A DNA stretch of 32,000 nucleotides from contig NZ_LT906458.1 of the NCBI RefSeq assembly GCF_900187275.1, forward strand, positions 270,001 to 302,000. Reading direction: 5' to 3'. This stretch comes from Pasteurella multocida (GTDB lineage Bacteria; Pseudomonadota; Gammaproteobacteria; Enterobacterales; Pasteurellaceae). A program made the translations under genes and the position numbers. Below, piece after piece: positions 19,409 through 27,525 of the stretch (the stretch's first letter is position 1; every line of letters starts with the position of its first letter). The notes below the pieces were generated by a model. It was not told the DNA's origin, ran no database searches, and worked only from the letters and a program-made list of their open reading frames with translations.

Positions 19409-19456
19409 CTCGCCGGTTTTTAAGACCGGTGTATCCAATACCGTTAAGCAACCTCA

Positions 19457-19485
19457 TTTAAAGAACAGAAAAAGCCCATTATACT
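19457..19485 (+). promoter_or_regulatory. Candidate cas1 promoter overlapping a hairpin
   Basis: TTTAAA (19457-19462), 17-nt spacer, TATACT (19480-19485). An 8-bp stem AGCCCATT/AATGGGCT (19473-19480 / 19494-19501) overlaps the -10. No T-run follows, so it is not a terminator. Confidence 0.3.
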
Positions 19486-19518
19486 TATCAGAGAATGGGC
19501 TAGATAAAAGGAGAGATT

Positions 19519-20499
19519 ATGCGCAAGACCCCTTATATTCCGTCTTCGGATTTGAAAACCATTATGCATTCTAAGCGGGCGAATATTTACTATTTAGAAC
19601 ATTGTCGCGTATTACTAAATGGTGGACGAGTGGAATATGTCACCGATGAAGGGCGAGAATCGCTTTATTGGAATATTCCCATCGCTAATACGAGTTGTCT
19701 TTTGTTAGGCAGTGGTACGTCGATTACGCAAGCTGCGATGCGAGAATTATCCAAAGCGGGCGTCATGGTGGGGTTTTGTAGCGGAGGTGGTACACCATTG
19801 TTTAATGGCACAGAAGCCGAAATTGGCTGTGAGTTTTTTAGCCCACAAAGTGAATATCGACCTGTAATGTATTTGCAACAATGGTGCAAATTTTGGTTTG
19901 ATGACGAAAAACGTTTAGCGGTAGCAAAAGCGCTACAACAACAGCGTTTAGCGCTACTTGAGCCGATTTGGTCAAAATTAGAATGGGTGTATTCTTGTGA
20001 AAAACTGACCGCACTTGTGACACAGTATCAACACGAATTCGCACAGGCGGCGCATAGTCAAGCATTACTGGCGGCAGAAGGGCGATTAACCACTAAACTG
20101 TATGCGTTAGCTAATCAAGCAACGATGAATGAACCTGATTTTAAACGCAGTGAGCGAGGAAAAAGTATTGATTTAGTTAATCAGTTTTTAGATCATGGCA
20201 ATTATTTAGCCTACGGCTTAGGGGCAACCGCATGTTGGGTGCTGGGTTTACCTCATGGTTTGGCAGTGTTACATGGCAAAACGCGCCGAGGAGGGCTGGT
20301 TTTTGATGCCGCAGATATCATCAAAGACAGCATGATTTTGCCACAAGCGTTTATTTCTGCTCAAAATGGCGATTCAGAAAAAGAATTTCGCCAAGCCTGT
20401 ATTCAAAATTTACTGCGTTTTGGTGCCTTAGATATCATCATTGAGCGATTGCAACAACTGGCTTTACAAGGAGCGTCAGATGAATATTTTGCTGGTTAG
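19519..20499 (+). CDS. cas1: CRISPR integrase Cas1 (type I-F)
   Basis: 326 aa, SD AAAGGAGAG. Near-colinear with P. aeruginosa I-F Cas1: SDLKTI.HSKRAN.YYL.HCRVL.NGGRVEYVTDEG, YWNIPIANT, GTSITQAAMREL..AGV.VGFC.GGGTPLF, PQSEYRP, FLDHGNYLAYGL.AT..WVLG.PHGLAVLHGKTRRGGLVFD.AD.IKDS.ILPQAF. Confidence 0.96.
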   Translation: MRKTPYIPSSDLKTIMHSKRANIYYLEHCRVLLNGGRVEYVTDEGRESLYWNIPIANTSCLLLGSGTSITQAAMRELSKAGVMVGFCSGGGTPLFNGTEAEIGCEFFSPQSEYRPVMYLQQWCKFWFDDEKRLAVAKALQQQRLALLEPIWSKLEWVYSCEKLTALVTQYQHEFAQAAHSQALLAAEGRLTTKLYALANQATMNEPDFKRSERGKSIDLVNQFLDHGNYLAYGLGATACWVLGLPHGLAVLHGKTRRGGLVFDAADIIKDSMILPQAFISAQNGDSEKEFRQACIQNLLRFGALDIIIERLQQLALQGASDEYFAG

Positions 20500-23400
20500 T
20501 CAATGTCAAAAAAATGCGTTAACAGAAACACGTCGCATTTTAGATCAATTTGCTGAACGTTGTGGTGATCGGGTCTGGCAAACAGCAATCACTCAAGCAG
20601 GGTTGGAAACGCTGTATAAAATGTTACGTCAAACTGCGCGTAAAAATACGGCGGTGGCGTGTTATTGGACACACCGCAAAAATTCAGCAGAGTTATTATG
20701 GATTGTGGGCGATCGACGTCAGTTTAATGATCAAGGACGAGTGCCCACTAACCGCACACAGCGCAATATTTTGCGAGCGGAAGAGGAAATAGCTTGGCAA
20801 GATGCGTATTCGTTGCAAATTTTGACCGCACTTTCTGCCTTGTTACATGATGTCGGCAAGTCGAGCGTGGGCTTCCAAACGAAATTAGATAAAACGAAAA
20901 ATGCACCAAGAGTCGCAGACAGTTATCGACATGAATGGATTTCTGTGCGTTTATTTGAAGCGATGATTGAGGGGTGTCAAACTGATCAAGCTTGGCTTGA
21001 ACGTCTTGCTAACTGGCAGGTTTTTGAAGAAACAAATCCTACTTGGTTTAGCAAGATTATTCAAGATAGACCTAATGAAAACCATTTTTCTGATTTTGCC
21101 TATTTGCCTCCTTTAGCGCGTAGGGTGATTTGGCTGATTACTTCGCATCATCGTTTGCCTTTTACTCATGATATTAGTCGCTCGCAAGACTGTATAAAAA
21201 ATTTACGCAAATACGCGAAGTTGACTTTTGAGAGTTTATTTAAAGCTTATAAACCCGCAGTAGGCTGGGTTTCGAATGGCGCTGAACATCCGACTCCACA
21301 AGCATTTTGGCAATTCCAACGGGTTGCCACGCAAAGCCAAGCATGGCAAAAACACATGGCAAGATGGGCCAAAAAAGCCTTGAATCACCCTGCTTTATTT
21401 AGCGTTAGCGAAAACGCGGATCCTTTTTTATTGTTGCTTGCTCGTTTATGTTTGATGACGGGGGATCATTATTATTCCGCCCAAGATCAAAATGAAAAAC
21501 TGGGGGAGCTGAATTTTCCTTTATTAGCCAATACTTACCGAGAAAACCATCAACCCAAACAGCGTTTGGATGAACACTTGATTGGTGTGTGCCAAACCGC
21601 GGTACGTTTCGCCCGTCTATTGCCTAAGTTTCCGCGAGAATTACCGCGTATTAAACAACATAAACCCTTTGTGCAGTTGGCAAAAGATCGGTTTGCTTGG
21701 CAAAACAAAGCCGTCAATGTGGCTCGCTTGTTGCAAAAAACAAGTGAGTCACAAGGCTTTTTTGGCGTGAATATGGCGAGTACGGGTTGTGGCAAAACCC
21801 TTGCGAATGCCAAGATGATGTATGCTCTGAATGACAGTAAACAAGGGGCAAGATTTACTATCGCATTAGGCTTACGCGTGTTGACTTTGCAAACCGGTAG
21901 TGCCTTGAAAAAGCGTTTACATTTATCGGATCAGGATTTGGCTGTGTTGGTAGGCGGTAGCGCAGTGAAAAAGCTATACGCACTACAACAAGAGAAGCAA
22001 AACCAGCTTGCTCAACAGGGCAGTGAAAGTGCTGAAGATTGGTTAGAGGACATGCAAGTTGAGGGCGCAACTTATATTGAAAGTGCGGTCGAAAATGAAG
22101 CCGTTTTGTCCTTTTTAAGCAAAGATGACAAAACCAAAAAGCTCCTTTATGCACCAATTGTGAGTTGCACTTTAGATCATTTAATTTCTGCCTCCGAAAG
22201 TGTGCGAGGTGGGCATCATATTGTGCCCATATTACGTTTATTGACTTCTGATTTAATTCTGGATGAACCAGATGATTTTGCCCAGGAAGATTTGCCAGCA
22301 TTAAGCCGTTTAGTGTATTTAGCGGGTTTATTTGGTAGTCGAGTGTTGCTTTCTTCTGCTACGCTAACGCCTGATTTTATTACAGGATTGTTTAAAGCAT
22401 ATCAAGCAGGACGAAAAATCTATAATCAGCAAAAAGGGATTGTGGCAGCCTTGCCAATATGTTGTGCATGGGTGGATGAATTCCAACAAGTGCAAGCTAA
22501 TTGTGGACAAGACGAGCAATTTATCCAACAACATGATGAATTTGTGCGAAAACGGGCGGAAAACTTGGCGAAAAGTCCCGTGCGACGTCAGGCAGAAATT
22601 CTGAGTTTACCTTCACTCAAACCAAGAGAAGGGGAAGATTTGCATTATGGCTTGCTGGCAGACACATTGTTACAAAAAGCAATGGCGCTACATGATTTAC
22701 ATGGGCAAACCGATCCCCATAGTCAGAAAAAAGTCAGTGTAGGCTTGATCCGCTTTTCTAATATCGAACCTATGATTCCGTTGGCAAAAGCGTTGTTTGC
22801 GTTACAAGCCAGTGAAAAATTTGCCGATTATCAGGTGCATTTATGTTGCTATCATTCAAGGCAATTGTTGTTATTGCGTTCTTATTTAGAAGAAAAACTG
22901 GATAAAATTTTGGACCGCCACACGCCCGAGCAATTATTTCAACACGAAGAAATTGCCTTACCGATGAGTCAATATAAAGCAAAAAATCACCTCTTTATTG
23001 TGTTGGGTAGCCCTGTGACTGAAGTGGGGCGAGATCATGATTATGATTGGGCGATTGTGGATCCTTCCTCTATGCGTTCCATTATTCAGCTTGCTGGGCG
23101 AGTCTGGCGACACCGTGCAGAGAAAGTGGCAGAACAGCCCAATATTGCGCTACTGCCGATAAATTGGCGAGGGTTAAAGGTGCGTTATCAACAGAAAGAT
23201 GTGATCTATCACCGTCCGGGGTTTGAGAGTCATCAGCATAAATTGGCAACGCATAAACTGGATCAATTAATTTCGCAGCGTGATTTAGCTCATATACAAG
23301 CTACGCCTCGCATTGTAAAACCCGAGGTGTTACAGGCAAGTACTCAATTGGCGGATTTAGAGCATCATGCTATTGCTAGCCTGTTAAATCACCCCAGTGA

Positions 23401-23800
23401 GAATCTGGTTAATCTCTATTGGGATCCTCGCTACTGTAACTACTTACTGGCGAATTTACCTTTGATGAGTGAATTTCGTAAAAGCATGGCAGAACTGGAA
23501 GTGGTTTGTGTACCTGATGAGGACTCTCATTGGGGCTTTGGTTTCTATCGTGCGCAAAAACGTGATGAGGAGACATTGAGCGCATTGCCAGAGATTCAAT
23601 ATGAGCCAATACAGCAAGATAAACACGCCGTCGTGCAACCTTGGCTAGCCGCAGCATTAGACACGGTGTTGAGCGACTTGGCTGAACAGTTAAATGTGGT
23701 ATCGCCAGAATGGATTGCCCCCACTTATCTTTGCGCATCTTTACCACAATATGATGGAAAATTGGATTGGCACTATAACGAAGTCTATGGATTTTGGTGA
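20480..23800 (+). CDS. cas3: Cas2-Cas3 fusion (Cas2/3) nuclease-helicase, type I-F
   Basis: About 1106 aa from ATG 20480. SD AAGGAG lies 6 nt upstream, and the start overlaps the cas1 3' end by 20 nt. The ORF-track start at 20441 is an upstream extension. It has an N-terminal Cas2-like domain (MNILLVSQC...) and an HD nuclease motif (LLHDVGK ... HHRLP). Helicase motifs include motif I MASTGCGKT, DEAD-like LDEPDD and SATL. The long C-terminal domain is typical of I-F Cas2/3. Confidence 0.93.
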   Translation: MNILLVSQCQKNALTETRRILDQFAERCGDRVWQTAITQAGLETLYKMLRQTARKNTAVACYWTHRKNSAELLWIVGDRRQFNDQGRVPTNRTQRNILRAEEEIAWQDAYSLQILTALSALLHDVGKSSVGFQTKLDKTKNAPRVADSYRHEWISVRLFEAMIEGCQTDQAWLERLANWQVFEETNPTWFSKIIQDRPNENHFSDFAYLPPLARRVIWLITSHHRLPFTHDISRSQDCIKNLRKYAKLTFESLFKAYKPAVGWVSNGAEHPTPQAFWQFQRVATQSQAWQKHMARWAKKALNHPALFSVSENADPFLLLLARLCLMTGDHYYSAQDQNEKLGELNFPLLANTYRENHQPKQRLDEHLIGVCQTAVRFARLLPKFPRELPRIKQHKPFVQLAKDRFAWQNKAVNVARLLQKTSESQGFFGVNMASTGCGKTLANAKMMYALNDSKQGARFTIALGLRVLTLQTGSALKKRLHLSDQDLAVLVGGSAVKKLYALQQEKQNQLAQQGSESAEDWLEDMQVEGATYIESAVENEAVLSFLSKDDKTKKLLYAPIVSCTLDHLISASESVRGGHHIVPILRLLTSDLILDEPDDFAQEDLPALSRLVYLAGLFGSRVLLSSATLTPDFITGLFKAYQAGRKIYNQQKGIVAALPICCAWVDEFQQVQANCGQDEQFIQQHDEFVRKRAENLAKSPVRRQAEILSLPSLKPREGEDLHYGLLADTLLQKAMALHDLHGQTDPHSQKKVSVGLIRFSNIEPMIPLAKALFALQASEKFADYQVHLCCYHSRQLLLLRSYLEEKLDKILDRHTPEQLFQHEEIALPMSQYKAKNHLFIVLGSPVTEVGRDHDYDWAIVDPSSMRSIIQLAGRVWRHRAEKVAEQPNIALLPINWRGLKVRYQQKDVIYHRPGFESHQHKLATHKLDQLISQRDLAHIQATPRIVKPEVLQASTQLADLEHHAIASLLNHPSENLVNLYWDPRYCNYLLANLPLMSEFRKSMAELEVVCVPDEDSHWGFGFYRAQKRDEETLSALPEIQYEPIQQDKHAVVQPWLAAALDTVLSDLAEQLNVVSPEWIAPTYLCASLPQYDGKLDWHYNEVYGFW

Positions 23801-23857
23801 AGAAGACGTAGTGGTACAATAACCGCAGTTGTTTAGAAAAATAAAGGCAGAAATCAG

Positions 23858-25714
23858 ATGAAAAATATTAAATACTTTACTCAAAAATATGTTGATTGGG
23901 TGATTCGTTTGGGACGCTTACGCTTTTCGATTTTAGGCGTGATCGTGTTGGCGATTTTAGCACTCTGTACACAAGCCTTATTAAGTTTGTTTATTATTGG
24001 TGAAGTGTATTGGGTTGATATGATCCGATCTGTTGTATTTGGTCTGATTTCTGCTCCCTTTGTCATTTATTTTTTCACGGTGCTGGTGGAAAAATTAGAA
24101 CGTTCGCGTTTAGGGCTTGCTAAAATGGTTGAGAATTTACGCAAAGAAGTGTCGGAACGGGTTTTAGCTGAGAAAAAACTCTCTATTGCGTTAGATAATA
24201 TTGAGAAAACCAGTCGGGATAAAACGCGCTTAATGGCAACGATCAGTCATGAATTACGCACCCCATTAAATGGCATTATTGGCTTAAGCCGTATTTTACT
24301 CGATGAAAAACTAACGGAAACGCAACAAAATTATTTGAAAACGATTCATGTGAGTGCTATTTCATTAGGACATATTTTTAGTGACATCATTGATTTAGAA
24401 AAAATTGATGCCCGCCGTATTGAGCTGAATGCGAAAGCCGTAGAGTTAAATAGTTTTCTCAATGATATTAGTAATGTTGCTCGTTTATTAGCACAGCAAA
24501 AAAAACTCGCTTTTCAACTTGTGACAGACAAAAACTTACCAACTTGGTTTATGGTTGATTATGCTCGCTTAAGTCAAATTTTATGGAATTTGATTGGAAA
24601 TGCGGTGAAATTTACTCAAGAAGGGCGTATCACGCTGAATGTGAAACGTGTGTCGGAATATCAAATTTCCTTTAGTGTCAGTGATACTGGGATTGGCATT
24701 CCGGCGAATGAATTACCTCGTGTGTTTGAAATGTATTATCAAGTACAATCGAGTGGGCACAAACCACTTGGTAGTGGCATTGGATTAGCAATTTCTCAAA
24801 CCATTGCCCAATTAATGGGAGGTGATTTATATGCAACGAGCGAAATGGGGAAAGGATCTTGTTTTACACTGATGTTGCCAGTTAAAGAAGTTGAAAAGCC
24901 AGTTCGCGTACAAAATCAAATGCCAAGTACCTTAAATATTCTCTTAGTTGAAGATATTGAGGTAAATGTGGTGGTAGCAAAATCCGTACTTGAAAAACTA
25001 GGCTATGTTGTTGATGTTGCGATGACAGGACAGCAAGCCATTGAGAAATTTGAACAGCAGTATTATGATTTGCTATTACTTGATATTCAATTGCCCGATA
25101 TGTCAGGTTTTGCAGTGGCGAAATACTTACGGGAAGGTTATGAGAATGGGCAGTATGATTTTTTACCACCTTTAATTGCATTAACTGCCAATGTAATGCA
25201 CGACAAAAAAGAATATCAAGCGCAAGGTATGGACGATGTATTACGTAAACCTTTATCGATCGAGGAATTAACTGCTTGTTTAGTTGAGTATTTTGGTCAT
25301 GATGTTTCTCTGTGCTTAGAAACACCAACAACACATCAGATTACGCAAGACGCCACTCATTTTGATGTGAAAATGTTGAGCGAATTAGTTGAGATGCTAG
25401 GCACAGATTTTGTATTAAAGAATTTAGCTTTATTTAAAGAAACGATGCCGGAATATATGCAAGCATTAATGACTGCATATTCTGTTTATCAACAAGATGA
25501 AAGTCAAAAAGCCGATGTCTTGTCTTGTGCGCATAAAATAAAAGGTGCAGCGGCTTCGGTTGGCTTAAAACGAATACAGCAAATTGCGGCACAAGCGCAG
25601 GATCCAGAGCAAGGTGAGTGGACAGAGAACATTCACGATTGGGTACAACAGTTAGCACAATATTGGTTATTGGATGTTGAAGCGCTAGAACGTTATTTAA
25701 ATAAATCGGTATAA
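23858..25714 (+). CDS. arcB: Tripartite hybrid sensor kinase ArcB (short, PAS-less form)
   Basis: 618 aa. It has two N-terminal TM segments, an H-box ATISHELRTPLNG (His131), and N/G boxes (NLIGNAVKFT, DTGIGI, GSGIGLAIS). The receiver has LLLDIQLPDMSG and the C-terminal Hpt has HKIKGAAASVG. Only about 55 residues separate TM2 from the H-box. Confidence 0.9.
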   Translation: MKNIKYFTQKYVDWVIRLGRLRFSILGVIVLAILALCTQALLSLFIIGEVYWVDMIRSVVFGLISAPFVIYFFTVLVEKLERSRLGLAKMVENLRKEVSERVLAEKKLSIALDNIEKTSRDKTRLMATISHELRTPLNGIIGLSRILLDEKLTETQQNYLKTIHVSAISLGHIFSDIIDLEKIDARRIELNAKAVELNSFLNDISNVARLLAQQKKLAFQLVTDKNLPTWFMVDYARLSQILWNLIGNAVKFTQEGRITLNVKRVSEYQISFSVSDTGIGIPANELPRVFEMYYQVQSSGHKPLGSGIGLAISQTIAQLMGGDLYATSEMGKGSCFTLMLPVKEVEKPVRVQNQMPSTLNILLVEDIEVNVVVAKSVLEKLGYVVDVAMTGQQAIEKFEQQYYDLLLLDIQLPDMSGFAVAKYLREGYENGQYDFLPPLIALTANVMHDKKEYQAQGMDDVLRKPLSIEELTACLVEYFGHDVSLCLETPTTHQITQDATHFDVKMLSELVEMLGTDFVLKNLALFKETMPEYMQALMTAYSVYQQDESQKADVLSCAHKIKGAAASVGLKRIQQIAAQAQDPEQGEWTENIHDWVQQLAQYWLLDVEALERYLNKSV

Positions 25715-25854
25715 ATAAAACGATTTTAATTGTGTTGTGTGTTATTAAATTGAATAAAAATAAATTGGTGTAAAATAGAATATTAATTATTTAAACTCAT
25801 AAGAAATAAATGTTATTCTATTTTTAACTGGAGCATTGTATTTAAGGATTCCCT

Positions 25855-26445
25855 ATGAAAATATTTGCAGTATTATCTGCCTTTTTAATGCCATTCGTTG
25901 TCCCAAATACGACGGTCAATGGTTATAAGGATCTGCGTTTTGGTATGACTATTGAACAGGCCAAAGAAACGAAACTATGTGAGGACCAATGGCATTTACC
26001 CGCGGATGATGATTGGCGACGGGTTGTAAGAGGTTATTGGGTCTGTGACAAATTCCGTTTTGATGATGGCTATGCGGTGGCAAGACTGCGTTTTATTGGT
26101 GGGCAACTCAAGTCGATTGAATTAAAAATGCCAGAATACCCGAAATATCCAGCAGAATTGTTATTACATGTTTTAGAAGAAAAATATGGTAAAACCATAG
26201 AAGTTGAGCAACGAGATTTGATCGAAGAAGATATTCTGCAAGGAAAAATAAGAAAACGTAGAAAAAATGAGAGTGCATTGTTAGATACTTATCAGTTTGC
26301 GAAAGGAACCGTTTCTTTAACGTTGTTGACTTATAATGGCATTCCTCAGCCTGCAGAAATCATTTATTCTGCGCCAGAGCTATTGCTTTTAGAGAAAAAA
26401 TTAGAGGACAGACCGCAACGTCGTACATTGCTACGCGATTTATAA
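25855..26445 (+). CDS. Hypothetical exported protein (196 aa), no family recognised
   Basis: ORF with SD AAGGA 8 nt upstream and an N-terminal hydrophobic signal-like segment MKIFAVLSAFLMPFVV. It has a charged C-terminal half. It is followed by a strong terminator and preceded by a very AT-rich 140-nt gap. Confidence 0.6.
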   Translation: MKIFAVLSAFLMPFVVPNTTVNGYKDLRFGMTIEQAKETKLCEDQWHLPADDDWRRVVRGYWVCDKFRFDDGYAVARLRFIGGQLKSIELKMPEYPKYPAELLLHVLEEKYGKTIEVEQRDLIEEDILQGKIRKRRKNESALLDTYQFAKGTVSLTLLTYNGIPQPAEIIYSAPELLLLEKKLEDRPQRRTLLRDL

Positions 26446-26450
26446 ACTAA

Positions 26451-26488
26451 AAAAATCCCTCAATAACGCATTATTGAGGGATTTTTTG
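26451..26488. terminator. Bidirectional terminator shared by the orphan ORF and suhB
   Basis: Stem AATCCCTCAATAA / TTATTGAGGGATT with loop CGCA, flanked by an A-run (left) and a T-run (right), between convergent genes. Confidence 0.88.
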
Positions 26489-26508
26489 ATCACTTAAATG
26501 TATTAAAC

Positions 26509-27312
26509 CTATTTTTTAAATTCGTCAGACAGACAAGGTTGAATTTTATTTAAGATTTCTTTCACAATACGAGGTGCGGCAGCAACAAGATGACCTGATG
26601 TTAAATAGCTATGCCCACCATTAAAATCACAAACTAACCCGCCAGCTTCACGTACGATCAAGTCGCCTGCAGCAATATCCCAAGCTTTAACACCGACTTC
26701 AAAATAACCATCAACGCGTCCCGCTGCAACATAGCATAAGTCTAATGCCGCAGAGCCCATGCGACGGAAATCAGCACAATCTTGAATTAAGTTATTCATC
26801 ATCGCAAATTGCATTGGCATTAAGCGCGTTTGTTTAAAAGGAAAACCTGTTGTTAACACGGTACCAGCTAAGTCGCGTTTATTTTCAACGCGTAAACGCA
26901 TGTCATTAATTTTAGCGCCTTCACCACGTACTGCGGTGAATAGTTCGTTACGGATAGGATCGTAAACCACACCCACTTCGGTGCGACCTTTGACACGAAT
27001 AGCAATAGAAACAGAAAAATGCGGTAAACCTTTAACAAAGTTTGTGGTGCCATCTAGTGGATCAATCACCCATTGAATATCGCTATCTTTACCTTCTAAC
27101 GCACCACTTTCTTCCGTAATAATTGTGTGATCCGGGTACGATTTTCTAATCACCTCAATAATGGCTTCTTCAGAAGCTTTATCAATATTTGTTACATAAT
27201 CGTTTGTGCTTTTTAGCGTTGTTTGAAGAGCATCACGGCGCTCATAACCTTTAGCAATTACATTGCCCGCTTTTCGTGCCGCACGAATCGCGATATTTAA
27301 CATTGGATTCAT
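26509..27312 (-). CDS. suhB: Inositol-1-monophosphatase SuhB
   Basis: Colinear with E. coli SuhB: MNPMLNIA.RAARKAGN, TNVDK/TNIDK, ITEESG, WVIDPLDGTTNF, SAALDL.YVAAGRVDG. The start is set at ATG 27312 (MNPMLN, SD GGTGGA). The ORF-track GTG at 27321 adds 3 codons. Confidence 0.94.
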   Translation of the reverse strand: MNPMLNIAIRAARKAGNVIAKGYERRDALQTTLKSTNDYVTNIDKASEEAIIEVIRKSYPDHTIITEESGALEGKDSDIQWVIDPLDGTTNFVKGLPHFSVSIAIRVKGRTEVGVVYDPIRNELFTAVRGEGAKINDMRLRVENKRDLAGTVLTTGFPFKQTRLMPMQFAMMNNLIQDCADFRRMGSAALDLCYVAAGRVDGYFEVGVKAWDIAAGDLIVREAGGLVCDFNGGHSYLTSGHLVAAAPRIVKEILNKIQPCLSDEFKK

Positions 27313-27525
27313 TGTTTCCACCAGATTTTAAAGAACAGAAAAGTGGCGGGTATTATAGGGAATTTCATTAAAAATGGCGAGAGAAATTTTCACCTCTTTT
27401 GCTCTTATCGTGATGAGGGGGAGTGAGTAGACTGACGAGATTTCTCAGAAAAATGATAAGTTGTTGACTAAAATTCAGGGTTATTATGCTAGAATAGCGC
27501 CTATTTTATACAAAGATATCAGGTT

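Noticed and set aside
18368-19461. ORF-track 'proteins' of 60, 117 and 136 aa with periodic sequences (FLSHLHDGE... on the minus strand, SPSCRWLRKL... on the plus strand).
   Set aside because: They are translations of the 60-bp CRISPR repeat-spacer periodicity, including the quadruplicated unit. They are not genes.
19457-19472. The 16-nt string TTTAAAGAACAGAAAA occurs twice: upstream of cas1 (19457-19472) and at the suhB/trmJ divergent region (27327-27342).
   Set aside because: A single 16-mer coincidence in 32 kb of AT-rich intergenic DNA is within chance. The flanks do not extend the match, and relative to suhB the second copy is on the opposite strand.
23812-23839. A possible relic of a second CRISPR repeat after cas2/3. 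TGGTACAATAACCGCAGTTGTTTAGAAA shares the 3' TTAGAAA with the repeat.
   Set aside because: Only about 13 of 28 positions match, and no stem is preserved. No spacer-repeat periodicity follows. The 7-mer match is plausible by chance.
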